Part shown: positions 14,730 to 26,692 of the stretch, in pieces
How positions within the stretch are numbered: position 1 is the stretch's first letter
Layout of the letters: the number at the start of each line of letters is the position of its first letter
Program-made: the position numbers and the translations under genes
Assembly: GCA_040954595.2 (NCBI GenBank)
Contig: CM082592.2
Span: 7,489,677 to 7,553,676, forward strand
Length of the DNA stretch: 64,000 nucleotides
Direction: 5' to 3'
Origin: Balanoglossus misakiensis
Lineage: Eukaryota > Animalia > Hemichordata
Notes under the pieces: model-generated
Told to the model about the DNA's origin: nothing
What the model saw: the letters and a program-made list of their open reading frames with translations, nothing else
Database searches by the model: none

Positions 14730-15599
14730 AACCAATGGAATGCCCGTCCAAAAATAACCCCGCAGTAGTTCGCTTCAAGACGTAGAAGACCCTGTCGTTT
14801 AATTAACTTGTCTCACCGAGTCTCCAGCGAAAGGAAATTCTCGGTGAAAAGGCGCTGTTCGAGAACCGCTTGGTATCTCGTAAGTCGGGCCTCTCTACGG
14901 AACCCCCCCCCCCCCCCACAAACGATGTACAGGCAGGCGGGTCGCCGGTCGGTGCGAATGCCGCAGCCGTGGCGAGCTCATTGGACCGTGACCGTTGGTG
15001 CGATGACAAAGCCCCGCGCTCTACAACTTACATACAGCTGACACCCCTATACTACAGTAAAGCCTGTTGGAGTAAGGATTAGTGAAGACTTCGCATGATC
15101 GCGGCCAAATCGTTGCCTCCAATTCTCCCCCTTTTCAGTTACAACATCCCCTACATCACTTGATAAAGATTAACGATTAAGAGCAGACCGGTGATGGCCC
15201 TTTTTGTCAAATGGCACATGACTGCGAAAGGAGGTGGTGGAACTTGTGCCTGAAAACGTTAGTTTTTCACACAAGTTTTTTTTTACCATCTTAGCATACC
15301 TGATGATAAGCTGTTCACGATCTTCCTCATGGCTTTATGCCAAAGTATATGACAATTTAACTGAGCGTCACAAAGGAGGCAGACCATGGGCTGGAATAGT
15401 ATGTACGTAATTTCAACTTGTTGCATTCAAACGTATAGGGTGTTTCATAACGGAGACAATTCTTCTTGTTTGGTGAAAATAATGCTTTGGAATTATAATA
15501 TTTCTTTTATTTGCATTTGCTAACCGCTCCACCTATGGTATAGTACAACGCTTGATCTGTCGTTTGTCCGTGCGCTTTTGTGCGATTAAAGCGCAACGG

Positions 15600-15700
15600 T
15601 TGAGCGGCGACCAATGGGGTTAACAACTGTATACGTCAATCTATTGTTCAGTGGACGGGTATATAAACAGCGAACGTGCGGTGAACACCGAGACAACTGC
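15600..15700 (+). promoter_or_regulatory. CCAAT plus TATA core promoter
   Basis: CCAAT 15611-15615 and TATATAAA 15660-15667, followed by a CpG-rich leader and a splice donor. Confidence 0.5.
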
Positions 15701-15797
15701 GCTCGTGATATAAACAGACACTACCCGGCCAGGCCAGGCAGGAGCGAGGCGTCACCGCCGTTGGGACAATATCTTTCACCGGTTTACTATCGGGATC

Positions 15798-15858
15798 ATG
15801 TTCACGGATCAAAGGCGCGCACTGTCTGCACCGCCATCCCCCCTCAGGCACACACAAG
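15798..15858 (+). CDS. Candidate alternative first coding exon (MFTDQRRALSAPPSPLRHTQ) of the Tudor-PHD-MYND gene
   Basis: CCAAT at 15611 and TATATAAA at 15660; ATG at 15798; donor AAG|GTAAAC in phase 1, in frame with the acceptor at 19409 (giving ...TQ-D-SGV-MQSP). Confidence 0.55.
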
Positions 15859-18800
15859 GTAAACCACAAAAGATTTGTATGACTTCTGGGCAGCAGTGAA
15901 GGTGTGTGCGTTTGTCCGGGCATGTGTCGACTCGAACACCCGCAGCTCAACTTTCAAACCGAGTTGTCCGCACGCCTTCACATGCGAGAATTCGGTCTTC
16001 GTAATAATAATAATGGCGGTTGGTGCGGATTCTCCGCCGAGTCAAACACGTCACTTGTCACACCTCGTCGCTTCTGCACGGGGTCATGATTCAGCACCCC
16101 TTTTGGACATAAAGGACACACCACCGATTTTACTGCTAGTCACGAAAACGCTGAAGTAGGTTTATGTAATAATAAAACTCATGAATTGACGGTACCCATT
16201 CGAAAATCGATTAATCTTTTCGACCCATGCGCGCAAAACCAATGGCCAATCATCGCAGATTTTCTTTCTCCGCGCAAGAACTGGCGAATGATATCAAAAA
16301 TGCATTTTCTTGTCCATTTCTTGTCTCTTCCGATGGGAGAAGAAATTTCAAAGCATAAAATAATAATCTACTTAATACGCGATGACATGATCAAAAGAAA
16401 AATATGAGTTGGGTTTATGGCTTATCGTAAAAAAAGTTAGTTTAAAGAATACAAAGATTTTGTCAATGTGCTATGTGGCACTCTTCTGGGACCAAAATGA
16501 TTATGAAAGACATATCAAAATAAAATATGTTCATATTTGCTAGCCCTTGGGTGCAGTGGTTGAGCAAATTGTAGGCCTACTATATATCTGGGATCAATAT
16601 TAATTGCAAGTTTATATATAGTTAGAAGGCATCTTCGCAGGCCAATAGATACTCTCCGACCACAAGGAAGACTGTGCCAGACCGACATACCCAATTCAAA
16701 CTGTGTATATCGGACAATAGCAGTCAGGTAATCCTTCGTAACCTGGGTGTGTACGAATGATTCAAAGCCTGCCATCGACTGGCCAGTTGGCGACAACCGA
16801 GCCCAGTGTATAGTAACTTTCTTGTATTATTCTTGTAATGATTGCGGTCATGCCCATCCATATTCTAAAACAGCACGATTCTGCACAGCACGAAGCTCAC
16901 GAAGCGATGTCAGGTGTTTCGAAAATAGTAAGGGCACCCTGCCCCACATGTGGCGCCCGCCATACGAATATACTGCGCCAACACCATAGCATGGTCAGTA
17001 CAAGACTATTCAACGCCCACGCATCGTCAACAATACAAGAGGGTCCAAGTCTTGTACTAGTACGGCCCAGTACAGCTAAAAAGGACACACGTACACACCT
17101 TAATAACCAGAAAAATAGCTTACTCCCTCTGCCCTACCACGTTTTCGCTCCGTTTTTGGAATGAGTCAGGGAACCAGAGTTTGGGGGGGGGGGGGGCGCA
17201 CCCATATTCCAACCAGCAGTCACCGCAGCAGATATTTTCACACCCCCTCTCATAACCTTTTCCACATCACTGTACATGTCCCGTGGCAGTTCTATCTTCA
17301 GCCAGAACCGTGCAATGTTCATGGTATATGGCTGTGAAATATTGCACTTTTACAGGTGTTATTATGACATAGCTGCAGAACAGAAAAATGTATAGGCTAG
17401 TACGTGTGTGTGTGTGTGTGCAGATCTATATAGGGCTGTTACGGCTGTGTGAGTTCGCTCCCTGTGAAACTCTTTGACTGTTGCAGGGTTGATAACAGTT
17501 TACCTGTGTTCAAGTGAGTAATTTAGATTCCAAAGAGAAATATGTCATGGAAGTATTCTGCGTTTATGCACACATGGTGTACTCTGGAGGGTATATAAAT
17601 CCCATTCAATATGTTACTGTGCAAACAACGTATAGATAATATAGGACTATAATGTATCAAATATATTCAGTGCGCAAATTATGCCATACTACTAGTACTA
17701 GGCCGGCAGCTGCGCTGCACTGCATGCACTGCCATCGATATTTGATGTTTACAGAACATTACTAACGCCTGCCGTCCGCTATTAGGAGAAACGGAGTGGA
17801 AAAAATAGTGAAACGGACCAAATCGAGAAAATTTCAAAAACATTGTAAACCACTTAGCGACAACTTTTTCCCCCGATCGGTTTTGATGATGAAATGCACT
17901 CATCTGATTTCATTGCACGCACTCGGATTATGTCTGTTGCTATGGGATGTGTGCCGGGGTGGTGGTGCAACGTGGACATATTAAAATTGTCGCACAGATG
18001 TTCGGGATAAGTTTGTAAAAACAGCGAGCGGGGTGATAAGACGCTAATAATGAAAACGTGGGTGAATATCTGACCCATGTTCCACTGATCTGTGTCAGCT
18101 GGTTGGAACACAGCTTGTATTATGGGTAATTCCGACATTCCGTTGAGGACTTAAATGTGGTAAAAAACGAGAGCATGTTTAGAGGGGGAGGGGTCAAAAT
18201 TTTACCAAAACGGCTTGGTTATGTCTCAAGTGAACGTGCAAGACGTCGCTAAGATTTCTGCAATGGCGTCTAAAATCAAATTATGCGTCAACTCTGGCGA
18301 ACGCGTTTCTAGGCAACAACGTCATTTTTAGGCAACACAATTACACGTGCACAGAGGTCCATTTCCATGGATATAAATGTGGACATCTTGTCAGCTGGGT
18401 ATGTTACAGTGCACGTGACTGCAGTGAACTTTTATGTGACAGTTGAGTCGACGTCGCCCTGGGCTGGCTGTAACGACGGGACATAGCAACCGTGTAAATT
18501 TATAATAGCTGTAGCAGAAAGATATAATAGGATTGATATATTTGCTTATAATTAACTAACTGACACAGGAGGCGATTTATGTCGTATGTTGAGTAAGCGT
18601 GAAATATTAGAATTGATCGCAGGGTGCGTACTTTATACTTTAGTTTCAACACAAACACACAGAACCTGCTGACAGCAGTTTGAACAATTCTGACAATATA
18701 TGTATAGTGCAATAAAAGATGTAGGATTAAGGGATGTTACTTTCGCGATCTGGCATTCGCACTATGAAAAACTTGAAATAATGGCGCCTGTCAAAGAGTT

Positions 18801-18909
18801 TAGAGAAAAATATTCCATCCACTATGGATATGTCCAGTTCAAGAAATGCCCATTATGCTCACATTTCAACGTGAGTTCTGAAGAACTATATACAAAACTC
18901 TCCACCATC

Positions 18910-19160
18910 ATTTAGAACACATATGTCATCGATGAATCGTGTGCATCCATGGAATTTCCGTACACGAGCTATATCGGCATGAATGAGTTTTGACAGAAAT
19001 ATATACTCATGCCTGTATAGATATACATTAGCCCCGAATGTCGCTGTTATTTAGAACACATATGTCATCGTGCGCACCCATGAAATTTCCAAGCACGAGC
19101 TATATCGGCATGAATGAGTTTTGACACGAACTTTACTCACGCTCTGTGTAGAATATAAAT
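18910..19160. repeat. Direct duplication of about 110 bp (18910-19025 and 19049-19157)
   Basis: Shared TTTAGAACACATATGTCATCG and CACGAGCTATATCGGCATGAATGAGTTTTGACA. Confidence 0.9.
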
Positions 19161-19214
19161 TTGCCCAGTACATGTACATACATTCATACATACATAAACC
19201 CCTGCATGTGATGT

Positions 19215-19285
19215 TGGACGACCACGCCCACCTGTTGCAAGCGTGTATAATGAGAACGAGGCCATGACAACATGGCGGCGTTCAG
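19215..19285 (+). promoter_or_regulatory. Proximal promoter candidate (KLF/Sp-type CCACGCCC, YY1-type AACATGGCGGC)
   Basis: Motifs at 19222 and 19269 in a CpG-rich block about 150-200 nt before the Tudor ATG. Confidence 0.45.
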
Positions 19286-19419
19286 GAAGCTTGGGTGTCC
19301 TGCGTTTCCTCGAAGTTCGCGCTGTTCGCGCCTATATCTAGCACCAAAGCTCTCCAGCAAGCAGCCTCCATGTTCACTGAACCAAGTTTTGCCGTTTTAT
19401 TTTACTAGATAGTGGTGTA

Positions 19420-19603
19420 ATGCAGTCCCCGTCTCGGTCGCCCGAGTTTCCTTTCGAAGTTGGGGATGTTGTGTTGGCGGAATGGGACCACGGCAAAGTT
19501 TATTACGCCAAGATTGAGGAAATCGACCACGATACCCGCATTTGCAAACTACTGTTCGACGACGACTCAATAGAGGAAGCGCCGTTTAGCAATATCCATA
19601 GCG
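19420..19603 (+). CDS. Exon 1: Tudor domain (PCL-like)
   Basis: FEVGDVVLAEWDHGKVYYAKIEEIDHDTRICKLLFDDDSIEEAPFSNIH fits the Tudor pattern. Donor G|GTAAGC at 19603/4. An acceptor TTTTACTAG| lies just upstream at 19408/9. Confidence 0.9.
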
Positions 19604-22600
19604 GTAAGCTTCTATTTCATTTCCTTTTCAGTCACGCTTTTCGGGGAACGGGCAGCATATGGCAAGGTTTACACCAGTAAATTGAAACTCCCAAAATAAC
19701 AACACACATCAGCGCAGCGTCCCGGTTTAGACTGTGGAACGCACGACCTCTGAGGTCACGCTCAGGTCACGTAGGTATTGTACTCGTGTGTGGTACGTTC
19801 GGACACAATAGGCGATTGTTATGGAGATTCAGAAAACAATAGGTAACGGACTAGGTGTTAATTTGCCGCTAGTGCCCTTTTCTATTGATCAGTCAAGTTC
19901 ACTTTGCGCATATATTATCGCCCGCACCACACCTACACTTCTGGCCCCTGCAGCTCAGAGATTTGAAAGAACCTGGTACCATTCACAGAATTGTGCACTT
20001 CCCTGCGGCGACCAGATCACAAACACACGAGTACATGTAATGGTATAGGCTATGGTTTATCATCATTCTATTACCGTGTGAAACTGTTGTCCTACAAGTA
20101 AAACCGCAACTGTTACCATGGCTGCATCATTGGCATCCACAAGCCAACCGGAAACGTGGGTGTTGTAATTAGCAAAACAAACGCAAGGAATGTGTTTTAG
20201 TTATTAAATGTTAAAAGAGCAGAGGCGGGCGCCATAAATTAGCGCAGTAGGGTGTTTGGTTTATTCGATAGCCCGGTTTGTGGTGACCCCCATACTCGCC
20301 GGAGCTCTGTGCTACCATGGAGAGTCAGTGTAGCCCCACGCGTTACACAGCGTTTCAGAGCAGGCCATAAAACAGCAATTGCCCTCAGCGTGCTCATGTC
20401 ACAAAATACCGATGAGGGCAATTTGAGACTCTTCCACGAGTACTTGAGAGCACTGCAGTTTATTGCTAATCGATTTCGAGCACCGCACCACTCCGCGTGA
20501 ATTCTGTCTGAACAATATCCGAATGCGCGTACTGTAATCCCCAGAGAGCATAAATTATTACAGTGTTTCTGTGAAGAAAAATGTGATAAAGTGTCCTGAA
20601 TGTTTAATTAACCCTCTCACCCCCTCTTCAGAGATCCAACCTTGCTGTAGAAAACAGTGGATTTGGATTGAACCATTTTGGAAAAAGGGTTAAAGCCCCA
20701 TGAGTTATGATATTTATTTTCATAACTATACTAATATTAGCACATAGATGTATATGCACTAAAGTATATATAGGTATAATAAACCCTAAGTATGAATGCA
20801 TATGCAAGTTTTAACCAGATACTAGTAAGTAATGAAGCTTTGCCAAAAACGAATATGGCTGCCACAGTGGGAAAATGTAAAATACACTGAAAACGTTGCA
20901 TTATGATGATTATGATTTCTAACTTTGAAACTTCATAAAAAAGCATCATCCCAACTAGAACACAAGGAATTTAATGTACTCCACCTGTGACACTATATAT
21001 TCATTTTTCATCGCAATATTGCATGGGGGCTTTAATGATAATGGAGGGTCAAGGCTGGGGAAAAGGACAAGGGAAAGTGATCATCCGGTGTGTTCCAGTA
21101 AGCAAGAACCCAACAACTGTTAATGGGGGAACAAAAATAGCCCAACATGTCCAAAGATAGGGTCTTTGTCATCCGAATGAGATGCCAGTATATTTCTAAA
21201 ACTGGGGCAGTCATCAAGCCCAGACATGTTATGTGTGGCTAAAATGGACCACTTTCCGAACTCAACAAGACACTGCGAGATTTAGGTGTGACTAAGCAGT
21301 TTATCTGGATGGACATGATGAATAGGATCAGTTGTTCTTAAGATATCAGGGTAAAAGACGCACAGACAGACAGATTTGACGTACCAGCGCTATTATATTT
21401 TTGAGGCAAATTTTCTGTTATTTTGGGTTTTAGAAATTGATTTTTTCCCCCCGGAAGTTTGAACCACTAACCTGAAATTTAGTCAGTCTTTTAATTGTTG
21501 TTGACATATATTCCTGAATTCAAATAGACTTAAAATCCCCCATTTGTCAGAACGGAAAGCATATAGTAATCCAGATTTGTGTTGAATGTAAAAATTCCAG
21601 ACCACATATTTTTTTATTGTGTCCAGTGTCAGCAACATGAAGTGTATCAGGTTTAGTATCAGGTTTATTGTCCACTGTCGTTGGCTCTTCCATATGTCAC
21701 TGGCGAACCGTTTATTTTTTTTCTCGGAAACCATTGGTTATAAAGCTTTTTGTATGTAGTCCCTCCAGGGATGATCTCTATGTCAGAGTTATTGAAGTCA
21801 TGGTGAAATCTCTAGTACTAAATGTGCATGTGTTTTGGGGGGAATGTAATGCAGTTTTAGTATAAATTGGCCGTTCTCATTGCTTTGAAATTTGGTCTAG
21901 ACGCCCGAATCAGATTTGCTCAAATTGTGTTCAAATTGGTAATATTGTTCAGTAAACACGTTGAACATTGCCCTTACTTACTGTACTTATTTTTATATCC
22001 AGCAACATTTTGAGCAAACATTTCTCTTTATCACTATGGAAATAAAGAGAGTGTTTCCATATATTTGTGCAAAATGAAGTGGAAAGTCTGTTTCAGCTTA
22101 ACTTGGGAAACATAAACAACTGCTACTGTTAAGTTAAGTGTTGGAAGTAAGCTTATCATATCACTGTCTTTCGGCTTAATGTGTATTTCAAAATTGGCAA
22201 TATTTGGAGTGTCTTTTCTTGATTTGTGTTCAGGCAATCAAACAAGGCCGCTTTGCCACAGATGTATGACATATTGCAGTGTGATGTGGCTTGGTCGTCG
22301 TCTGCAGGCTGTAGCCCTGTTTGTTTGCTGGACCTGTACCACCAATATACAATTATGTGGGATACGGTTGATGATAAAACTGTCTTTAATTACCCTTCTT
22401 CTGGACAACAATTCGTGTACAGTATTTTAATATTGGTGACAGTCTGTTTTTGTCAATTTCATCGAGTGAGGATTCCATATTGTCGCAGCAATCCTGTGAC
22501 GTTTTTTCCATTAAGTACCAGTATTTCATGAGTTTGGATATCTTTATTGGAGTTTATGCCGGCCAGTTGACGTATGGCAGTGTATGTCCGTCGTTTGAAA

Positions 22601-25600
22601 TTGCTAGTATACAGGATTTAGGTGTCACAAATGAGCTGGACATGATTTTGCAGTAGCAGAACGTCTGGGTGTGGACCAAAAGTCACTTTGTATAAAACAC
22701 TGTTTTATTAGAAGTACCAGTCTCTACCATATGTTCATATCGCATGTGAATGTATGTATGTATATGAGTTAATTGCCTAAAACCCATTAAGACAATTCAA
22801 CCGTCGTAAACTTCAGAGCGCAATAGAAGACATTGAGGTTGTTCCACGGAAACTAGAAGGTATTGACCTGTATTGCAAATGTTTACATTTGGCTTGCTGT
22901 GCATGTGATCTTCACGGTAGGACTTGCATCACATCAATGAAGGATGCCCTCTAGTGGTGACTCAGAAACAATGCAGGGATGATGTAATGCTGTTTGATCC
23001 ACAGATATTTTGTCTTTGATGTATCTCATGCTTCATGTATTCTGACATACTTGATCTCATTTCATTCTGGTTATGTGTCCCACAGGTGGTACAGTAACAG
23101 ATCTGATCATTTGAAACTCCCATTTTAATCCCTATAGAAATCACCCCCGCTTTCCACAGTAGAGGTCCAACCTTTACCCGTAGGAAACAACATATTTGGA
23201 TCAAACCATAGTGGTGAAAGGGTTAAATTGCTCTGATTTCAGGACTGGTGTGTTCTCTGGTTGTAGTTTTAAGCCGACAAAATGACGGAGGTGTAGTGAC
23301 GGATGGAATTTTGTGTGACTTCTACAGCCTCGCCATATTGTAGTGGATTACTAACAGTATATATAAAGCGATTTGCAATACGTCTCCCTGAAATAATCAG
23401 AGTCGGTGTAAGGCGATTAGCGCGGTACTAACTGTGGCTCGAATTCCTGTTGGCCCAGAAACCCTAATCTTCTTTCTGATGCCGAAGCAACTGAGCGGTT
23501 TAAGCTGGCTACAGTATGGACATCGATACTGTCCACTTCATTGTATACATGTATACTAATCATGATAATACAAGACCATATTGTTCAGAGAGGAAGGTAG
23601 TAAAATCAAAACTGTTGTCTGTCGACGATTTATTTTTTCTGGTTGAAATTTGATGTCAGGATATGAGAAAGAAATGGCTACCTATAAATAAAATTGGCCA
23701 CAAAACACCAAGTTGCAAATATATATGTGTTACCACCTAGTCCTGACCATTCTAGCAGGAAGACGAGCGAACTCCCGTCTGGCGAACAATTGTTCGAAAG
23801 TCCGTAGCCTTTCTTTTCTTTGATGAATTTTTTGTGTGTTCAACAATCCACCATCAATGTATGAACATTAGAAAGCGGAAAAAAAAATCAAGGCTCTTGT
23901 ACTAGAGTGACATTTGCATTGCAATCCAGGTTCATTTGATACGCGTGTTGTTTACTTGATATATAATGGTATAATGCATGATTCCAATAAAATACTTTGT
24001 CGTTTATATACCACATGCATGACTAAGTGCATCGTCATATTTTCTGTCTGTCAAAAAGCCAAACATATTAGGTCTCTGTAATTTTTTCTCCACATCCGAA
24101 GGCAATTGTCTATTATATCATATCGGTTACTCATTTAAGTGCCGAGTGATCGTATGTATGACGTAGGAAGTTTGGAATCACATCGGGTCCATGGAAGCAA
24201 GTGCACGATGAATTCATAATCAATGTCAGAAATACTTTAATGCAACTCATTTCATAAGTACCCGTTGTGGTAGTATTACTATATACTTTCTGCTAATGGA
24301 AAGGTCGTATTTATTAGGGACCGTCTCAGATTGTCACAAGCTCAACACACAAAAGAAGTGAACCTTGAGTAGTATTATTTTCAGATACATAGAAAGAAAA
24401 CGGTAAATTTTTTGCGGTTGACAAGAGGGGTGGGGGTGGAGAGAGGCTTTTAATATCAAGCCCACTGTAACCCAGGCAACCATCAATCATGCACAATTTC
24501 ACCCAAGGTTGAAGTTGTCGGCCATGTTGTTGGTTGCTGTTTCCGTGCTTTGCTTCTGAACTTCACTACTTGCCTTTGAGGAAGAGGTGCACAGCCTATT
24601 TCATGCCAGGCTTTTGTAAAGAAAAGTGAGGCTACATATATCTAAAATATTTTAATTGAAATTGCTGGAAATAGATACATACATACACATACATACTGGT
24701 ACTAAAATCTTCTATACTGTATACAAAAATATCAAAGTGTGTTCGAAATGGATAAAGAAAAACATGCACAACAAAAATAGCCCCGTTGTAGTAAATTAAT
24801 TATCAATACATACTTCGCCCTGAAAAATCGGCGGTTCATCTGAAGTATGGAATATTTGGACAGCCCAGAACTGCAAATAGAGTGTGACTTAAGGCTCTTC
24901 TAAGTCACTTTTCCTTCTTCGGAAAATTTTCAATTGTCACGGTTTGGTACGAACATGGAGGCACGTAAAATATGTAGTTCCAGTTGGTGTCTTTGGTTTG
25001 TGCAGTGTGTTTGATGTATCAGGGATGTACTTGTATGCGTAGAAGCAGTTCTGAAGGGCAAAGACCAGAACACATTTTGTAATTTGAGATGAATTTGTTA
25101 TAAGGTTGTTCCAACAGAAAATCGAGGTTGGAAACCAGTTCAACAGACCTCAAAGTATCATCGAAGCCCCTAGAGCGGCCATTTTTAGCATATTTTCAAT
25201 GATGAAATATGGTACTCCAATCTTCTCCCCCGTAGCGCACAGACAACACAATATTGAATTTTTTGAAAATTCTAATGCAATGTGCGCATGCCACGATAGT
25301 TGTGTACTCGTGCAGTGGGAGGCTGAATATAAAGGTGTGGCACCTGTTTATTTTTTAATTTGTTCAGAATTTAAAAAATATGTTCAGATTTAAAGGTATA
25401 GCCACATGCACATGCACATGCACACACACGCACTACAAACAAAGATGAAGAGCTCCCTATTATTGGTAACACTGTGGAAAATCTTGTAAATGTCAATGTA
25501 TCTATTTTGTCTATCTCAGAATAATCAATCAGTCTTCACAATCGCCATTGCCATAGCAATCCAGTCTCTCAGAAGACTTACAGTTTTCAAGTAAAGAGTT

Positions 25601-26597
25601 GCATGATCAACAGAACTATTAGGAATTTGAGCATAAGACTTCTCTGAACTTTTCCACAAAGCAAATAATATACCATGCATGAAACTTGATCAATCAATGT
25701 GAAAATAAAGTGGCTTCAAAATTAATTAACATAAACTTGATGTGGCAACAGACAATATTGGACCATATGACTTGAGTCCAATGTGATGTTCAGTCCTTTA
25801 TCTGTGGCATATTATTGTGTATTAATTAAACCACTTGGGACCCTTCCAGAATCAGTCTCCCACTTTTGATCCGCTGACAGGGATAATGAAGACACACGAT
25901 GCCGTCATTTGTTTCCACGGCAACAGTATCCGCCAATAGACGCCAAGTGTCTAAACGTTAACGAGTTTGCTGTTTTGTTAATAAGCAGAAACTTCACAGT
26001 AGAATTTCTCTTCTTTTTTTCTCCTTGCAGTTACCGAAACGACAAACGAGATTGTGTGCATCATCTGCAAAAGTGGGTTATCCGAGTTCCCGAATGAGAT
26101 AGTCTTGTGTGATAAGTGTGGATTAGGTAAGTGAACTTTTTCCTTTGTGTAAACCCACAAATCTTTTGATCACTTTTTTTTAACCCCAGACATTCTTTTG
26201 AGTGTAAAATAACTCGAAGTAAACGGCTGATGAAGCATTCTACATCTGACTGTGTGTTCATGTGCCTTGGTTCTTGTTTATAGGTCACCTATCATGAATA
26301 AATTTGACTGTTGAAATGAAGAAACATATATTTCCTCTACCCCTCCCCCTCTTCATCCTCCCCACCATAGTTTTGCCATGAATGCACCCCAGTGATACTC
26401 ATTCTGAAAACCACACTGGGGTTCAAAGAAATGAAAATTCAGGGCAAAAACAGGCCACTCTCAGACTTTGACTTGTGCATTTTGACATGTTTATAGAGCT
26501 TTGGGTCCAGATCTGACCCCCTCCACATTTATAATATACATACATACACACACATGTACATACATACACATGCACACACATACACACCTATAGACAT

Positions 26598-26692
<95 letters not shown>

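Noticed and set aside
16500-17100. Possible decayed L1/Tx1 reverse transcriptase tail (LNSLVLTMLW)
   Set aside because: Only one short word-level similarity; no core RT motifs.
21035-21160. G-patch-like peptide MEGQGWGKGQG
   Set aside because: Short ORF that stops soon, lacks the full motif and has no clear splice context.
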